Shown here piece by piece: positions 1-15,727 of a stretch of 64,000 bases of DNA. The stretch is taken from assembly GCF_044647545.1 (NCBI RefSeq), contig NZ_CP172818.1, one strand, 5' to 3'. This stretch comes from Escherichia coli (GTDB taxonomy: Bacteria; Pseudomonadota; Gammaproteobacteria; Enterobacterales; Enterobacteriaceae). Both the position numbers and the translations under genes were made by a program. Positions within the stretch are counted from its first letter, which is position 1; each line of letters begins with the position of its first letter. Below the pieces are notes generated by a model. That model was not told the origin of the DNA, made no database searches, and saw only the letters and a list, made by a program, of their open reading frames with translations.

Positions 1-1871
1 GAATTTTATCAGCGTTCGATTAACGAACCGGAGCAGTTCTGGGCCGAGCAGGCCGTGTATTGACTGGCAGACGCCCTTTACGCAAACGCTCGATCACAGC
101 AATCCGCCGTTTGCCCGTTGGTTTTGTGAAGGCTGAACCAACTTGTGCACAACGCTATCGACCGCTGGCTGGAGAAACAGCCAGAGGCGCTGGCGCTGAT
201 TGCCGTCTCTTCGGAAACAGAAGAAGAGCGCACCTTTACCTTTCGTCAGCTGCATGACGAAGTGAACGCGGTGGCCTCAATGTTGCGTTCATTGGGCGTG
301 CAGCGTGGCGATCGGGTGCTGGTGTATATGCCGATGATTGCCGAAGCGCATATTACTCTGCTGGCCTGCGCGCGCATTGGCGCTATTCACTCGGTGGTGT
401 TTGGGGGATTTGCCTCGCACAGCGTGGCGGCGCGAATTGATGATGCTAAACCGGTGCTGATTGTCTCGGCTGATGCCGGAGCGCGCGGTGGCAAAATCAT
501 TCCCTATAAAAAATTGCTCGACGATGCGATAAGTCAGGCGCAGCACCAGCCACGCCATGTTTTGCTGGTGGATCGCGGGCTGGCGAAAATGGCGCGCGTC
601 AGCGGGCGGGATGTCGATTTCGCGTCGTTGCGCCATCAACACATCGGCGCGCGGGTACCGGTGGCGTGGCTGGAATCCAACGAAACCTCCTGCATTCTCT
701 ACACCTCCGGCACGACCGGCAAACCTAAAGGCGTGCAGCGTGACGTCGGCGGATATGCGGTGGCGCTGGCGACCTCGATGGACACCATTTTTGGCGGCAA
801 AGCGGGCGGTGTGTTCCTTTGTGCTTCGGATATCGGCTGGGTGGTGGGGCGTTCTATATCGTCTACGCGCCGCTGCTGGCGGGGATGGCGACTATCGTTT
901 ACGAAGGATTACCGACCTGGCCGGACTGCGGCGTGTGGTGGAAAATCGTCGAGAAATATCAGGTTAGCCGGATGTTCTCAGCGCCGACCGCCATTCGCGT
1001 GCTGAAAAAATTCCCTACCGCTGAAATTCGCAAACACGATCTCTCGTCGCTGGAAGTGCTCTATCTGGCTGGAGAACCGCTGGACGAGCCGACCGCCAGT
1101 TGGGTGAGCAATACGCTGGATGTGCCGGTGATCGACAACTACTGGCAGACCGAATCCGGCTGGCCGATTATGGCGATTGCTCGCGGTCTGGACGACAGGC
1201 CGACGCGTCTGGGAAGCCCCGGTGTGCCGATGTATGGCTATAACGTGCAGTTGCTTAATGAAGTCACCGGCGAACCGTGTGGCGTCAACGAGAAAGGGAT
1301 GCTGGTGGTGGAAGGGCCGCTGCCGCCGGGGTGTATTCAGACCATCTGGGGCGACGACGGCCGCTTTGTGAAGACTTACTGGTCGCTGTTTTCCCGCCCG
1401 GTGTACGCCACCTTTGACTGGGGCATCCGTGACGCTGACGGTTATCACTTTATTCTCGGGCGCACTGACGATGTGATTAACGTTGCCGGGCATCGGCTGG
1501 GGACGCGCGAGATTGAAGAGAGTATCTCCAGCCATCCGGGCGTTGCCGAAGTGGCGGTGGTTGGGGTGAAAGATGCGCTGAAAGGGCAGGTGGCGGTGGC
1601 GTTTGTCATTCCGAAAGAGAGCGACAGTCTGGAAGATCGTGATGTGGCGCACTCGCAAGAGAAGGCGATTATGGCGCTGGTGGACAGCCAGATTGGCAAC
1701 TTTGGCCGCCCGGCGCACGTCTGGTTTGTCTCGCAATTGCCAAAAACGCGATCCGGAAAAATGCTGCGCCGCACGATCCAGGCGATTTGCGAAGGACGCG
1801 ATCCTGGAGATCTGACGACCATTGATGATCCTGCGTCGTTGGATCAGATCCGCCAGGCGATGGAAGAGTAG
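1..1871 (+). pseudogene. prpE: propionyl-CoA synthetase (AMP-forming acyl-CoA synthetase), 5'-truncated by window edge and frame-disrupted
   Basis: Translation is acyl-CoA synthetase-like (YTSGTTGKPKG motif ~696-731; C-terminal SGKMLRR). Frame is broken: stop at 61-63 in entry frame, TGA at 134-136 in the continuing frame, frame changes near 146-148 and 850-854; ORF fragments 145-1005 and 819-1871 overlap in different frames. Confidence 0.8.
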
Positions 1872-1875
1872 GTTA

Positions 1876-2050
1876 TTGTCGGATGCGTCGCGCGGCGCAT
1901 CCGGCACTGGTGCCGATGCCTGATGCGACGCTGACGCGTCTTATCATGCCTACGGACCTGAACCGTAGGTCGGATAAGGCGCTCGCGCCGCATCCGACAC
2001 CATGCTCAGATGCCTGATGCGACGCTGACGCGTCTTATCAGGCCTACCCA
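1876..2050. repeat. cluster of REP-like palindromic units (BIME-like)
   Basis: Repeated GCCGGATGCG...CGCATCCGAC / GCCTGATGCGACGCTGACGCGTCTTATCAGGCCTAC palindromes typical of enterobacterial REP elements. Confidence 0.6.
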
Positions 2051-2117
2051 CTGTTTTTACACCGATAATTTTTCCCCCACCTTTTTGCACTCATTCATAT
2101 AAAAAATATATTTCCCC

Positions 2118-2133
2118 ACGAAAACGATTGCTT
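2118..2133 (+). promoter_or_regulatory. PurR-box-like operator upstream of codB
   Basis: acgaaaacgattgctt resembles the PurR operator consensus (aCGcAAaCGtTTtCnT); position fits the codBA promoter. Recollection-based. Confidence 0.4.
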
Positions 2134-2199
2134 TTTATCTTCAGATGAATAGAATGCGGCGGATTTTTTGGGTTTCAAACAGCAAAAAGGGGGAATTTC

Positions 2200-3455
2200 G
2201 TGTCGCAAGATAACAACTTTAGCCAGGGGCCAGTCCCGCAGTCGGCGCGGAAAGGGGTATTGGCATTGACGTTCGTCATGCTGGGATTAACCTTCTTTTC
2301 CGCCAGTATGTGGACCGGCGGCACTCTGGAACCGGTCTTAGCTATCATCAATTCTTTCCTCGCAGTTCTCATCGGTAATCTTCTCCTCGGTATTTACACT
2401 TGATTTCTCGGTTACATTGGCGCAAACCGGCCTGACCACTCATCTTCTTGCTCGCTTCTGGTTTGGTGTTAAAGGCTCATGGCTGCCTTCACTGCTACTG
2501 GGCGGAACTCAGGTTGGCTGGTTTGGCGTCGGTGTGGCGATGTTTGCCATTTCGGTGGGTAAGGCAACCGGGCTGGATATTAATTTGCTGATTGCCGTTT
2601 CCGGTTTACTGATGACCGTCACCGTCTTTTTTGGCATTTGGCGCTGACGGTTCTTTCGGTGATTGCGGTTCCGGCTATCGCCTGCCTGGGCGGTTATTCC
2701 GTGTGGCTGGCTGTTAACGGCATGGGCGGCCTGGACGCATTAAAAGCGGTCGTTCCCGCACAACCGTTAATTTCAATCTCGCGCTGGCGCTGGTTGTGGT
2801 CATTTTCTGGTGGGTACGCTCGCCGCTGGCGCCTTTTGTCCGGTTTGGTCGCAATGCCAAACTGGCGGTGCTGGTGGCGATGGTGGCCTTTTTCCTCGGC
2901 AACTGGTTGATGTTTATTTTCGGTGCAGCGGGCGCTGCGGCACTGCGCATGGCGGATATCTCTGATGTGATGATTGCTCAGGGCCTGCTGCTGCCTGCGA
3001 TTGTGGTGCTGGGGCTGAATATCTGGACCACCAACGATAACGCACTCTATGCGTCGGGTTTAGGTTTCGCCAACATTACCGGGATGTCGAGCAAAACCCT
3101 TTCGGTAATCAACGGTATTATCGGTACGGTCTGCGCATTATGGCTGTATAACAATTTTGTCGGCTGGTTGACCTTCCTTTCGGCAGCTATTCCTCCAGTG
3201 GGTGGCGTGATCATCGCCGACTATCTGATGAACCGTCGCCGCTATGAGCACTTTGCGACCACGCGTATGATGAGTGTCAATTGGGTGGCGATTCTGGCGG
3301 TCGCCTTGGGGATTGCTGCAGGCCACTGGTTACCGGGAATTGTTCCGGTCAACGCGGTATTAGGTGGCGCGCTGAGCTATCTGATCCTTAACCCGATTTT
3401 GAATCGTAAAACGACAGCAGCAATGACGCATGTGGAGGCTAACAGTGTCGAATAA
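2200..3455 (+). pseudogene. codB: cytosine permease, frame-disrupted
   Basis: GTG start at 2200 with upstream SD; N-terminus MSQDNNFSQGPVPQSARKG. Gene is split into four ORF fragments (2200-2403, 2417-2647, 2638-2910, 2796-3455): premature TGA 2401-2403 and frame changes near 2404-2430, ~2636 and ~2770. Confidence 0.8.
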
Positions 3456-4728
3456 CGCTTTACAAACAATTATTAACGCCCGGTTACCAGGCGAAGAGGG
3501 GCTGTGGCAGATTCATCTGCAGGACGGAAAAATCAGCGCCATTGATGCGCAATCCGGCGTGATGCCCATAACTGAAAACAGCCTGGATGCCGAACAAGGT
3601 TTAGTTATACCGCCGTTTGTGGAGCCACATATTCACCTGGACACCACGCAAACCGCCGGACAACCGAACTGGAATCAGTCCGGCACGCTGTTTGAAGGCA
3701 TTGAACGCTGGGCCGAGCGCAAAGCGTTATTAACCCATGACGATGTGAAACAACGCGCATGGCAAACGCTGAAATGGCAGATTGCCAACGGCATTCAGCA
3801 TGTGCGTACCCATGTCGATGTTTCGGATGCAACGCTAACTGCGCTGAAAGCAATGCTGGAAGTGAAGCAGGAAGTCGCGCCGTGGATTGATCTGCAAATC
3901 GTCGCCTTCCCTCAGGAAGGGATTTTGTCGTATCCCAACGGTGAAGCGTTGCTGGAAGAGGCGTTACGCTTAGGGGCAGATGTAGTGGGGGCGATTCCGC
4001 ATTTTGAATTTACCCGTGAATACGGCGTGGAGTCGCTGCATAAAACCTTCGCCCTGGCGCAAAAATACGACCGTCTCATCGACGTTCACTGTGATGAGAT
4101 CGATGACGAGCAGTCGCGCTTTGTCGAAACCGTTGCTGCCCTGGCGCACCATGAAGGCATGGGCGCGCGAGTCACCGCCAGCCACACCACGGCAATGCAC
4201 TCCTATAACGGGGCGTATACCTCACGCCTGTTCCGCTTGCTGAAAATGTCCGGTATTAACTTTGTCGCCAACCCGCTGGTCAATATTCATCTGCAAGGAC
4301 GTTTCGATACGTATCCAAAACGTCGCGGCATCACGCGCGTTAAAGAGATGCTGGAGTCCGGCATTAACGTCTGCTTTGGTCACGATGATGTCTTCGATCC
4401 GTGGTATCCGCTGGGAACGGCGAATATGCTGCAAGTGCTGCATATGGGGCTGCATGTTTGCCAGTTGATGGGCTACGGGCAGATTAACGATGGCCTGAAT
4501 TTAATCACCCACCACAGCGCAAGGACGTTGAATTTGCAGGATTACGGCATTGCCGCCGGAAACAGCGCCAACCTGATTATCCTGCCGGCTGAAAATGGGT
4601 TTGATGCGCTGCGCCGTCAGGTTCCGGTACGTTATTCGGTACGTGGCGGCAAGGTGATTGCCAGCACACAACCGGCACAAACCACCGTATATCTGGAGCA
4701 GCCAGAAGCCATCGATTACAAACGTTGA
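3445..4728 (+). CDS. codA: cytosine deaminase
   Basis: GTG start at 3445 ([14 protein letters not shown]...), 427 aa, 11-bp overlap with codB end; amidohydrolase motifs (HIHLD). Confidence 0.9.
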
Positions 4729-4750
4729 ACGACTGGGTTACAGCGAGCTT

Positions 4751-5150
4751 AGTTTATGCCGGATGCGGCGTGAACGCCTTATCCGGCCTACGTAGAGCAC
4801 TGAACTCGTAGGCCTGATAAGCGTAGCGCATCAGGCAATTCCAGCCGCTGATCTGTGTCAGCGGCTACCGTGATTCATTCCCGCCAACAACCGCGCATTC
4901 CTCCAACGCCATGTGCAAAAATGCCTTCGCAGCGGCTGTCTGCCAGCTGTAGTTTATGCCGGATGCGGCGTGAACGCCTTATCCGGCCTACGTAGAGCAC
5001 TGAACTCGTAGGCCTGATAAGCGTAGCGCATCAGGCAATTCCAGCCGCAGACCTGTGTCAGCGGCTACCGTGATTCATTTCCGCCAACAACCGCGCATTT
5101 ATCCAACGCCATGTGCAAAAATGCCTTCGCGGCGGCTGTCTGCCAGCTAT
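4751..5150. repeat. 200-bp direct tandem duplication (two copies, ~96% identical) containing REP-like palindrome and the 3' end of cynR
   Basis: Copy 1 at 4751-4950 and copy 2 at 4951-5150 align base-for-base with ~7 mismatches; copy 2 overlaps the last ~86 bp of cynR. Confidence 0.8.
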
Positions 5151-5964
5151 TTTTCCGCCGCAACAAAACCGCCGTTCTCTCCAGTAGTGGCGGGGCAAGA
5201 GAAATAGCTTTAAGCCCGTCATGTTGTGTGGCAATCGCTGCTGGTAACAATGTGGAAAGGGAAGTGCGGCGAATCAGCTCCAGAACCGCGCTAATTGAGT
5301 TCGCCTCAATGACCACCTGTGGATGTAGCCCCGCTTTCTCGCAGTAGTGGTCAATTTGCTCTCTGGTGGCAAATTCCGCGCTGAGCAGGACCAGTTTTTC
5401 ATCATGCAAGCGACTCAACGCCACCTGTTCATGGACGGCCAGCGGATGATGTTGCGCCACGACTAACGCTAAACTTTCTGTCAGTAAAGGAATTGCCTCC
5501 AGCTCCGGCGAATGCACAGGCGCGAAGGCAATCCCAACGTCCAACTCGTCGCGGCAAAGCATATCCTCGATTTTCTCCTGCGACATTTCCTGTAGCTGGA
5601 GCGTGATGCTGGGATAGCGCGCATAGAAATCCGCCATTAAGGGGCCGATAAAGTAGCTCGTAAAGGTGGGGGTGACGGCGATACGCAGCGATCCTCGCGT
5701 CAGATCGGCAACATCATGAATCGCCCGTTTACCCGCCCCCAGTTCCTGTAACGCCCGGCTGGCGTACTGTCGCCAGACTTCTCCTGCATCAGTGAGACGA
5801 ATCGTTCGCCCGCTACGGTCAAACAGCGGCACGCCTAAACTCTCCTCTAACTGGCGAATCTGCTGGGAAAGCGCAGGTTGGGAGACGTGCAACGCACTGG
5901 CGGCACGGGTGAAGCTGCCATGTTCAGCCACGGCAAGAAAATAATTGATATGTCGAGAGAGCAT
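5065..5964 (-). CDS. cynR: LysR-type transcriptional regulator of the cyn operon
   Basis: 299-aa ORF starting [40 protein letters not shown] (LysR HTH), divergent from cynT. Confidence 0.9.
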   Translation of the reverse strand: MLSRHINYFLAVAEHGSFTRAASALHVSQPALSQQIRQLEESLGVPLFDRSGRTIRLTDAGEVWRQYASRALQELGAGKRAIHDVADLTRGSLRIAVTPTFTSYFIGPLMADFYARYPSITLQLQEMSQEKIEDMLCRDELDVGIAFAPVHSPELEAIPLLTESLALVVAQHHPLAVHEQVALSRLHDEKLVLLSAEFATREQIDHYCEKAGLHPQVVIEANSISAVLELIRRTSLSTLLPAAIATQHDGLKAISLAPPLLERTAVLLRRKNSWQTAAAKAFLHMALDKCAVVGGNESR

Positions 5965-6072
5965 TCGCAACCTATAAGTAAATCCAATGGAACTCATCAT
6001 AAATGAGACTTTTACCTTATGACAATCGGCGAGTAGTCTGCCTCTCATTCCAGAGACAGACAGAGGTTAACG

Positions 6073-6732
6073 GTGAAAGAGATTATTGATGGATTCCTTA
6101 AATTCCAGCGCGAGGCATTTCCGAAGCGGGAAGCCTTGTTTAAACAGCTGGCGACACAGCAAAGCCCGCGCACACTTTTTATCTCCTGCTCCGACAGCCG
6201 TCTGGTCCCTGAGCTGGTGACGCAACGTGAGCCTGGCGATCTGTTCGTTATTCGCAACGCGGGCAATATCGTCCCTTCCTACGGGCCGGAACCCGGTGGC
6301 GTTTCTGCTTCGGTGGAGTATGCCGTCGCTGCGCTTCGGGTATCTGACATTGTGATTTGTGGTCATTCCAACTGTGGCGCGATGACCGCCATTGCCAGCT
6401 GTCAGTGCATGGACCATATGCCTGCCGTCTCCCACTGGCTGCGTTATGCCGATTCAGCCCGCGTCGTTAATGAGGCGCGCCCGCATTCCGATTTACCGTC
6501 AAAAGCTGCGGCGATGGTACGTGAAAACGTCATTGCTCAGTTGGCTAATTTGCAAACTCATCCATCGGTGCGCCTGGCGCTCGAAGAGGGGCGGATCGCC
6601 CTGCACGGCTGGGTCTACGACATTGAAAGCGGCAGCATCGCAGCTTTTGACGGCGCAACCCGCCAGTTTGTGCCACTGGCCGCTAATCCTCGCGTTTGTG
6701 CCATACCGCTACGCCAACCGACCGCAGCGTAA
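6073..6732 (+). CDS. cynT: carbonic anhydrase (beta class)
   Basis: 219-aa ORF, GTG start; beta-carbonic-anhydrase motifs (CSDSR, HSNCG). Confidence 0.9.
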
Positions 6733-6744
6733 CCTTATTTTTAA

Positions 6745-7233
<489 letters not shown>

Positions 7234-7265
7234 CAGCCATGCGCAACCATCAAAAGACGTTCACG

Positions 7266-8420
7266 ATGCTGCTGGTACTGGTGCTGATTGGTCTTAATAT
7301 GCGACCACTGCTCACCTCCGTCGGGCCACTGCTACCGCAATTGCGCCAGGCGAGCGGAATGAGCTTTAGCGTGGCTGCCCTGTTGACCGCTCTGCCGGTG
7401 GTTACCATGGGCGGGCTGGCGCTGGCCGGAAGCTGGCTTCATCAGCATGTCAGCGAACGTCGCAGTGTCGCCATCAGTCTGTTGCTGATTGCCGTCGGTG
7501 CATTGATGCGTGAGCTTTACCCGCAAAGTGCGCTGCTGCTTAGCAGCGCACTGCTTGGTGGGGTGGGGATCGGCATCATTCAGGCGGTGATGCCTTCGGT
7601 GATTAAACGGCGGTTTCAGCAGCGCACGCCACTGGTGATGGGGCTGTGGTCCGCGGCTCTGATGGGCGGCGGTGGGCTTGGTGCCGCCATAACGCCCTGG
7701 TTAGTTCAACATAGCGAAACCTGGTATCAAACACTCGCCTGGTGGGCGCTGCCTGCCGTTGTTGCGCTCTTTGCCTGGTGGTGGCAAAGCGCCCGCGAGG
7801 TCGCCTCTTCCCACAAGACAACAACCACTCCGGTTCGCGTGGTATTCACTCCCCGCGCGTGGACGCTGGGTGTTTACTTCGGTCTGATTAACGGCGGTTA
7901 CGCCAGCCTGATTGCCTGGTTACCCGCTTTCTATATTGAGATTGGTGCCAGCGCGCAGTACAGCGGTTCCTTACTGGCATTGATGACGCTTGGGCAAGCC
8001 GCAGGAGCTTTGCTGATGCCTGCTATGGCTCGCCATCAGGATCGGCGCAAACTGTTAATGCTGGCGCTGGTGTTACAACTGGTGGGGTTCTGCGGCTTTA
8101 TCTGGCTGCCGATGCAATTGCCGGTATTGTGGGCGATGGTGTGTGGGTTAGGTCTGGGCGGCGCGTTTCCGCTCTGTTTGCTGCTGGCGCTCGATCACTC
8201 TGTGCAACCGGCTATTGCTGGCAAGCTGGTGGCGTTTATGCAGGGAATCGGTTTTATCATCGCCGGGCTTGCCCCGTGGTTTTCTGGCGTGCTGCGTAGT
8301 ATCAGCGGCAATTACCTGATGGACTGGGCATTTCATGCGCTGTGCGTCGTTGGGCTGATGATCATAACCCTGCGTTTTGCACCAGTACGTTTTCCGCAGC
8401 TGTGGGTCAAAGAGGCATGA
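7266..8420 (+). CDS. cynX: MFS cyanate transporter
   Basis: Hydrophobic multi-TM ORF; 384 aa from ATG 7266 (an upstream in-frame ATG at 7239 would give 393 aa). Confidence 0.85.
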   Translation: MLLVLVLIGLNMRPLLTSVGPLLPQLRQASGMSFSVAALLTALPVVTMGGLALAGSWLHQHVSERRSVAISLLLIAVGALMRELYPQSALLLSSALLGGVGIGIIQAVMPSVIKRRFQQRTPLVMGLWSAALMGGGGLGAAITPWLVQHSETWYQTLAWWALPAVVALFAWWWQSAREVASSHKTTTTPVRVVFTPRAWTLGVYFGLINGGYASLIAWLPAFYIEIGASAQYSGSLLALMTLGQAAGALLMPAMARHQDRRKLLMLALVLQLVGFCGFIWLPMQLPVLWAMVCGLGLGGAFPLCLLLALDHSVQPAIAGKLVAFMQGIGFIIAGLAPWFSGVLRSISGNYLMDWAFHALCVVGLMIITLRFAPVRFPQLWVKEA

Positions 8421-8520
8421 TGCGACGCTTGTTCCTGCGCTTTGTTCATGCCGGATGCGGCTAATGTAGATCGCTGAACTTGTAGGCCTGATAAGCGCAG
8501 CGTATCAGGCAATTTTTATA
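8421..8520. repeat. REP-like palindromic element between cynX and lacA
   Basis: GCCGGATGCGGC / GCCTGATAAGCGCAGCG palindromic units. Confidence 0.5.
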
Positions 8521-8522
8521 AT

Positions 8523-9134
8523 TTAAACTGACGATTCAACTTTATAATCTTTGAAATAATAGTGCTTATCCCGGTCGTTTATTTCGCGAATAACCCGACA
8601 AGGAACGCCAGCCGCCACGACGTTTGGTGGAATGTCTTTTGTGACGATACTACCCGCGCCAATAACAGAATTATCCCCGATGGTGACGCCTGGATTAATA
8701 ACCACATGACTTCCGATCCAGACGTTATTGCCAATCGTTATCGGAAAAGAGTACATCTCGCCGTTTTTTCTCAATTCATGGTGTACAGGGTGTCCCGTAA
8801 CGGAAAGAGTAACGTTGGGTGCAATCAGTACGTTATCACCGATTGTTACCGTGTAGTCATCGACAATGGTTAAATTGAAATTTGCATAAAAATTGCGGCC
8901 TATATGGATGTTGGAACCGTAAGAGAAATAGACAGGCGGTTCTACCCAGGCGTTTTCCCCTACCGTGGCAAACATTTCTTTAATCAGGCTTTCTCTTTTT
9001 TCAACTTCTGATGGATGCGAGTGATTAAACTCATACATTAACGTTTTCCCACGAAGTCTTTTTTCCGGTAAGCCTTCGCACATATCGGTAAATAGCTTGC
9101 CTGCTCTTATTCTTTCGGTCATTGGCATGTTCAA
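8523..9134 (-). CDS. lacA: galactoside O-acetyltransferase
   Basis: 203-aa hexapeptide-repeat acetyltransferase; start is TTG (complement at 9132-9134) giving LNMPMTER, consistent with the known unusual lacA start. Confidence 0.9.
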   Translation of the reverse strand: MNMPMTERIRAGKLFTDMCEGLPEKRLRGKTLMYEFNHSHPSEVEKRESLIKEMFATVGENAWVEPPVYFSYGSNIHIGRNFYANFNLTIVDDYTVTIGDNVLIAPNVTLSVTGHPVHHELRKNGEMYSFPITIGNNVWIGSHVVINPGVTIGDNSVIGAGSIVTKDIPPNVVAAGVPCRVIREINDRDKHYYFKDYKVESSV

Positions 9135-9199
9135 TGCGATCACTCCGTTATGATATGTTGGTCGGATAAGGCGCTCGCGCCGCATCCGACATTGATTGC

Positions 9200-10498
<1,299 letters not shown>

Positions 10499-10504
10499 TT
10501 ATTA

Positions 10505-13617
<3,113 letters not shown>

Positions 13618-13623
13618 TCACAC

Positions 13624-13690
13624 AACATACGAGCCGGACGCATAAAATGTAAAGCCTGGGGTGCCTAATGAGTGAGCTGACTCACATTAA
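13624..13690 (-). promoter_or_regulatory. lacP: lac promoter (-10 at 13624-13629, -35 at 13648-13653) and CAP/CRP site (13666-13690)
   Basis: Reverse complement gives TTTACA...TATGTT spacing and a TGTGAGTcAGCTCACT CRP site; several substitutions versus the K-12 sequence as recalled. Confidence 0.75.
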
Positions 13691-13701
13691 TTGCGTTGCG
13701 C

Positions 13702-14784
13702 TCACTGCCCGCTTTCCAGTCGGGAAATTTGTCGCGCCAGCTGCATTAAAGAATCTGCCAACGCCTGGGGAGAAGCGGTTTGCGTATTGGACGGAAGGGT
13801 GGTTTTTCTTTTCACCAGTGAGACGGGCAACAGCTGATTGCCCTTCACCGCCTGGCCCTGAGAGAGTTGCAGCAAGCGGTCCACGCTGGTTTGCCCCAGC
13901 AGGCGAAAATCCTGTTTGATGGTGGTTAACGGCGGGATATAACACGAGCTGTCTTCGGTATCGTCGTATCCCACTACCGAGATATCCGCACCAACGCGCA
14001 GCCCGGACTCGGTAATGGCGCGCATTGCGCCCAGCGCCATCTGATCGTTGGCAACCAGCATCGCAGTGGGGACGATGCCCTCATTCAGCATTTGCATGGT
14101 TTGTTGAAAACCGGACATGGCACTCCAGTCGCCTTCCCGTTCCGCTATCGGCTGAATTTGATTGCGTGTGAGATATTTATGCCAGCCCGCCAGACGCAGA
14201 CGCGCCGAGACAGAACTTAATGGACCTGCTAACAGCGCGATTTGCTGGTGACCCAATGCGACCAGATGCTCCACGCCCAGTCGCGTACCGTCTTCATGGG
14301 AGAAAATAATACTGTTGATGGGTGTCTGGTCAGAGACATCAAGAAATAAAGCCGGAACATTAGCGCAGGCAGCTTCCACAGCAATGGCATCCTGGTCATC
14401 CAGCGGATAGTTAATGATCAGCCCACTGACGCGTTGCGCGAGAAGATTGTGCACCGCCGCTTTACAGGCTTCGACGCCGCTTCGTTCTACCATCGACACC
14501 ACCACGCTGGCACCCAGTTGATCAGCGCGAGATTTAATCGCCGCGACAATTTGCGACGGCGCGTGCAGGGCCAGACTGGAAGTGGCAACGCCAATCAGCA
14601 ACGACTGTTTGCCCGCCAGTTGTTGTGCCACGCGGTTGGGAATGTAATTCAGCTCCGCCATCGCCGCTTCCACTTTTTCCCGCGTTTTCGCAGAAACGTG
14701 GCTGGCCTGGTTCACCACGCGGGAAACGGTCTGATAAGAGACACCGGCATATTCTGCGACATCGTATAGCGTTACTGGTTTCAC
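13702..14784 (-). CDS. lacI: lactose operon repressor
   Basis: 360-aa ORF with GTG start (complement at 14782-14784), VKPVTLYDVAEYAGVSYQTVSRVVN HTH; C-terminal residues differ slightly from K-12 as recalled. Confidence 0.95.
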   Translation of the reverse strand: MKPVTLYDVAEYAGVSYQTVSRVVNQASHVSAKTREKVEAAMAELNYIPNRVAQQLAGKQSLLIGVATSSLALHAPSQIVAAIKSRADQLGASVVVSMVERSGVEACKAAVHNLLAQRVSGLIINYPLDDQDAIAVEAACANVPALFLDVSDQTPINSIIFSHEDGTRLGVEHLVALGHQQIALLAGPLSSVSARLRLAGWHKYLTRNQIQPIAEREGDWSAMSGFQQTMQMLNEGIVPTAMLVANDQMALGAMRAITESGLRVGADISVVGYDDTEDSSCYIPPLTTIKQDFRLLGQTSVDRLLQLSQGQAVKGNQLLPVSLVKRKTTLPSNTQTASPQALADSLMQLARQISRLESGQ

Positions 14785-14860
14785 ATTCACCACCCTGAAT
14801 TGACTCTCTTCCGGGCGCTATCATGCCATACCACGAAAGGTTTTGCGCCATTCGATGGTT

Positions 14861-15694
14861 TCAGCGTAAATGCACGCCGCTTCGCCTTCCCGCTACCAGA
14901 ATAGCCTGCGATTCAACCCCTTCTTCGATCTGTTTTGCCACCCGTTGCAGCGCCGGAAGATGCTTTTCCGCTGCCTGTTCGATGGTCATTGCGCTCGCCA
15001 TATACACCAGATTCAGACAGCCAATCACCCGTTGTTCACTGCGCAGCGGTACGGCGATAGAGGCGATCTTCTCCTCCTGATCCCAGCCGCGGTAGTTCTG
15101 TCCGTACCCCTCTTTGCGCGCGCGCGCCAGAATGGCTTCCAGCTTTAACGGTTCTCGTGCCAGTTGATAGTCATCACCGGGGCGGGAGGCTAACATCTCG
15201 ATTAATTCCTTGCGTTCTTGTTCCGGGCAAAAGGCCAGCCAGGTCAGGCCCGAGGCGGTTTTCAGAAGCGGTAACCGTCGCCCGACCATTGCCCGGTGAA
15301 AAGATAAGCGGCTGAAACGATGGGTGGTTTCGCGTACCACCATTGCATCAACATCCAGCGTGGACACATCTGTCGGCCATACCACTTCGCGCAACAGATC
15401 GCCCAGCAGTGGGGCCGCCAGTGCAGAAATCCACTGTTCGTCACGAAATCCTTCGCTTAATTGCCGCACTTTGATGGTCAGACGAAAACTGTCATCGGAG
15501 GTACTGCGCCGGACATATCCCTCTTCCAGTAACGTCTCCAGCAGTCGCCGCACAGTGGTGCGATGCAGGCCGCTGAGTTCCGCCAGCAGCCCGACGCTGG
15601 CACCGCCGTCAAGTTTATTTAACATATTTAATAACATTAGACCGCGGGTTAAGCCGCGCACGGTTTTGTATTCCGTCTGCTCATTGTTCTGCAT
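14861..15694 (-). CDS. mhpR: IclR-family transcriptional activator of the mhp operon
   Basis: 277-aa ORF from MQNNEQTEYKTVRGLTRGLMLLNML (IclR HTH), divergent from mhpA. Confidence 0.9.
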   Translation of the reverse strand: MQNNEQTEYKTVRGLTRGLMLLNMLNKLDGGASVGLLAELSGLHRTTVRRLLETLLEEGYVRRSTSDDSFRLTIKVRQLSEGFRDEQWISALAAPLLGDLLREVVWPTDVSTLDVDAMVVRETTHRFSRLSFHRAMVGRRLPLLKTASGLTWLAFCPEQERKELIEMLASRPGDDYQLAREPLKLEAILARARKEGYGQNYRGWDQEEKIASIAVPLRSEQRVIGCLNLVYMASAMTIEQAAEKHLPALQRVAKQIEEGVESQAILVAGRRSGVHLR

Positions 15695-15727
15695 ATTAAT
15701 TGACATTTATATAGTTAAAACAACGTT

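Noticed and set aside
978-1907. 309-aa ORF on the minus strand antisense to prpE
   Set aside because: Lies entirely within prpE on the opposite strand, Arg/His-rich low-complexity translation, no SD; typical antisense ORF of GC-rich coding DNA.
4751-5150. Tandem 200-bp repeat considered as a possible CRISPR array or mobile-element remnant
   Set aside because: Only two copies, no spacer architecture, no cas genes, no transposase or terminal inverted repeats; content is REP-like plus a cynR end.
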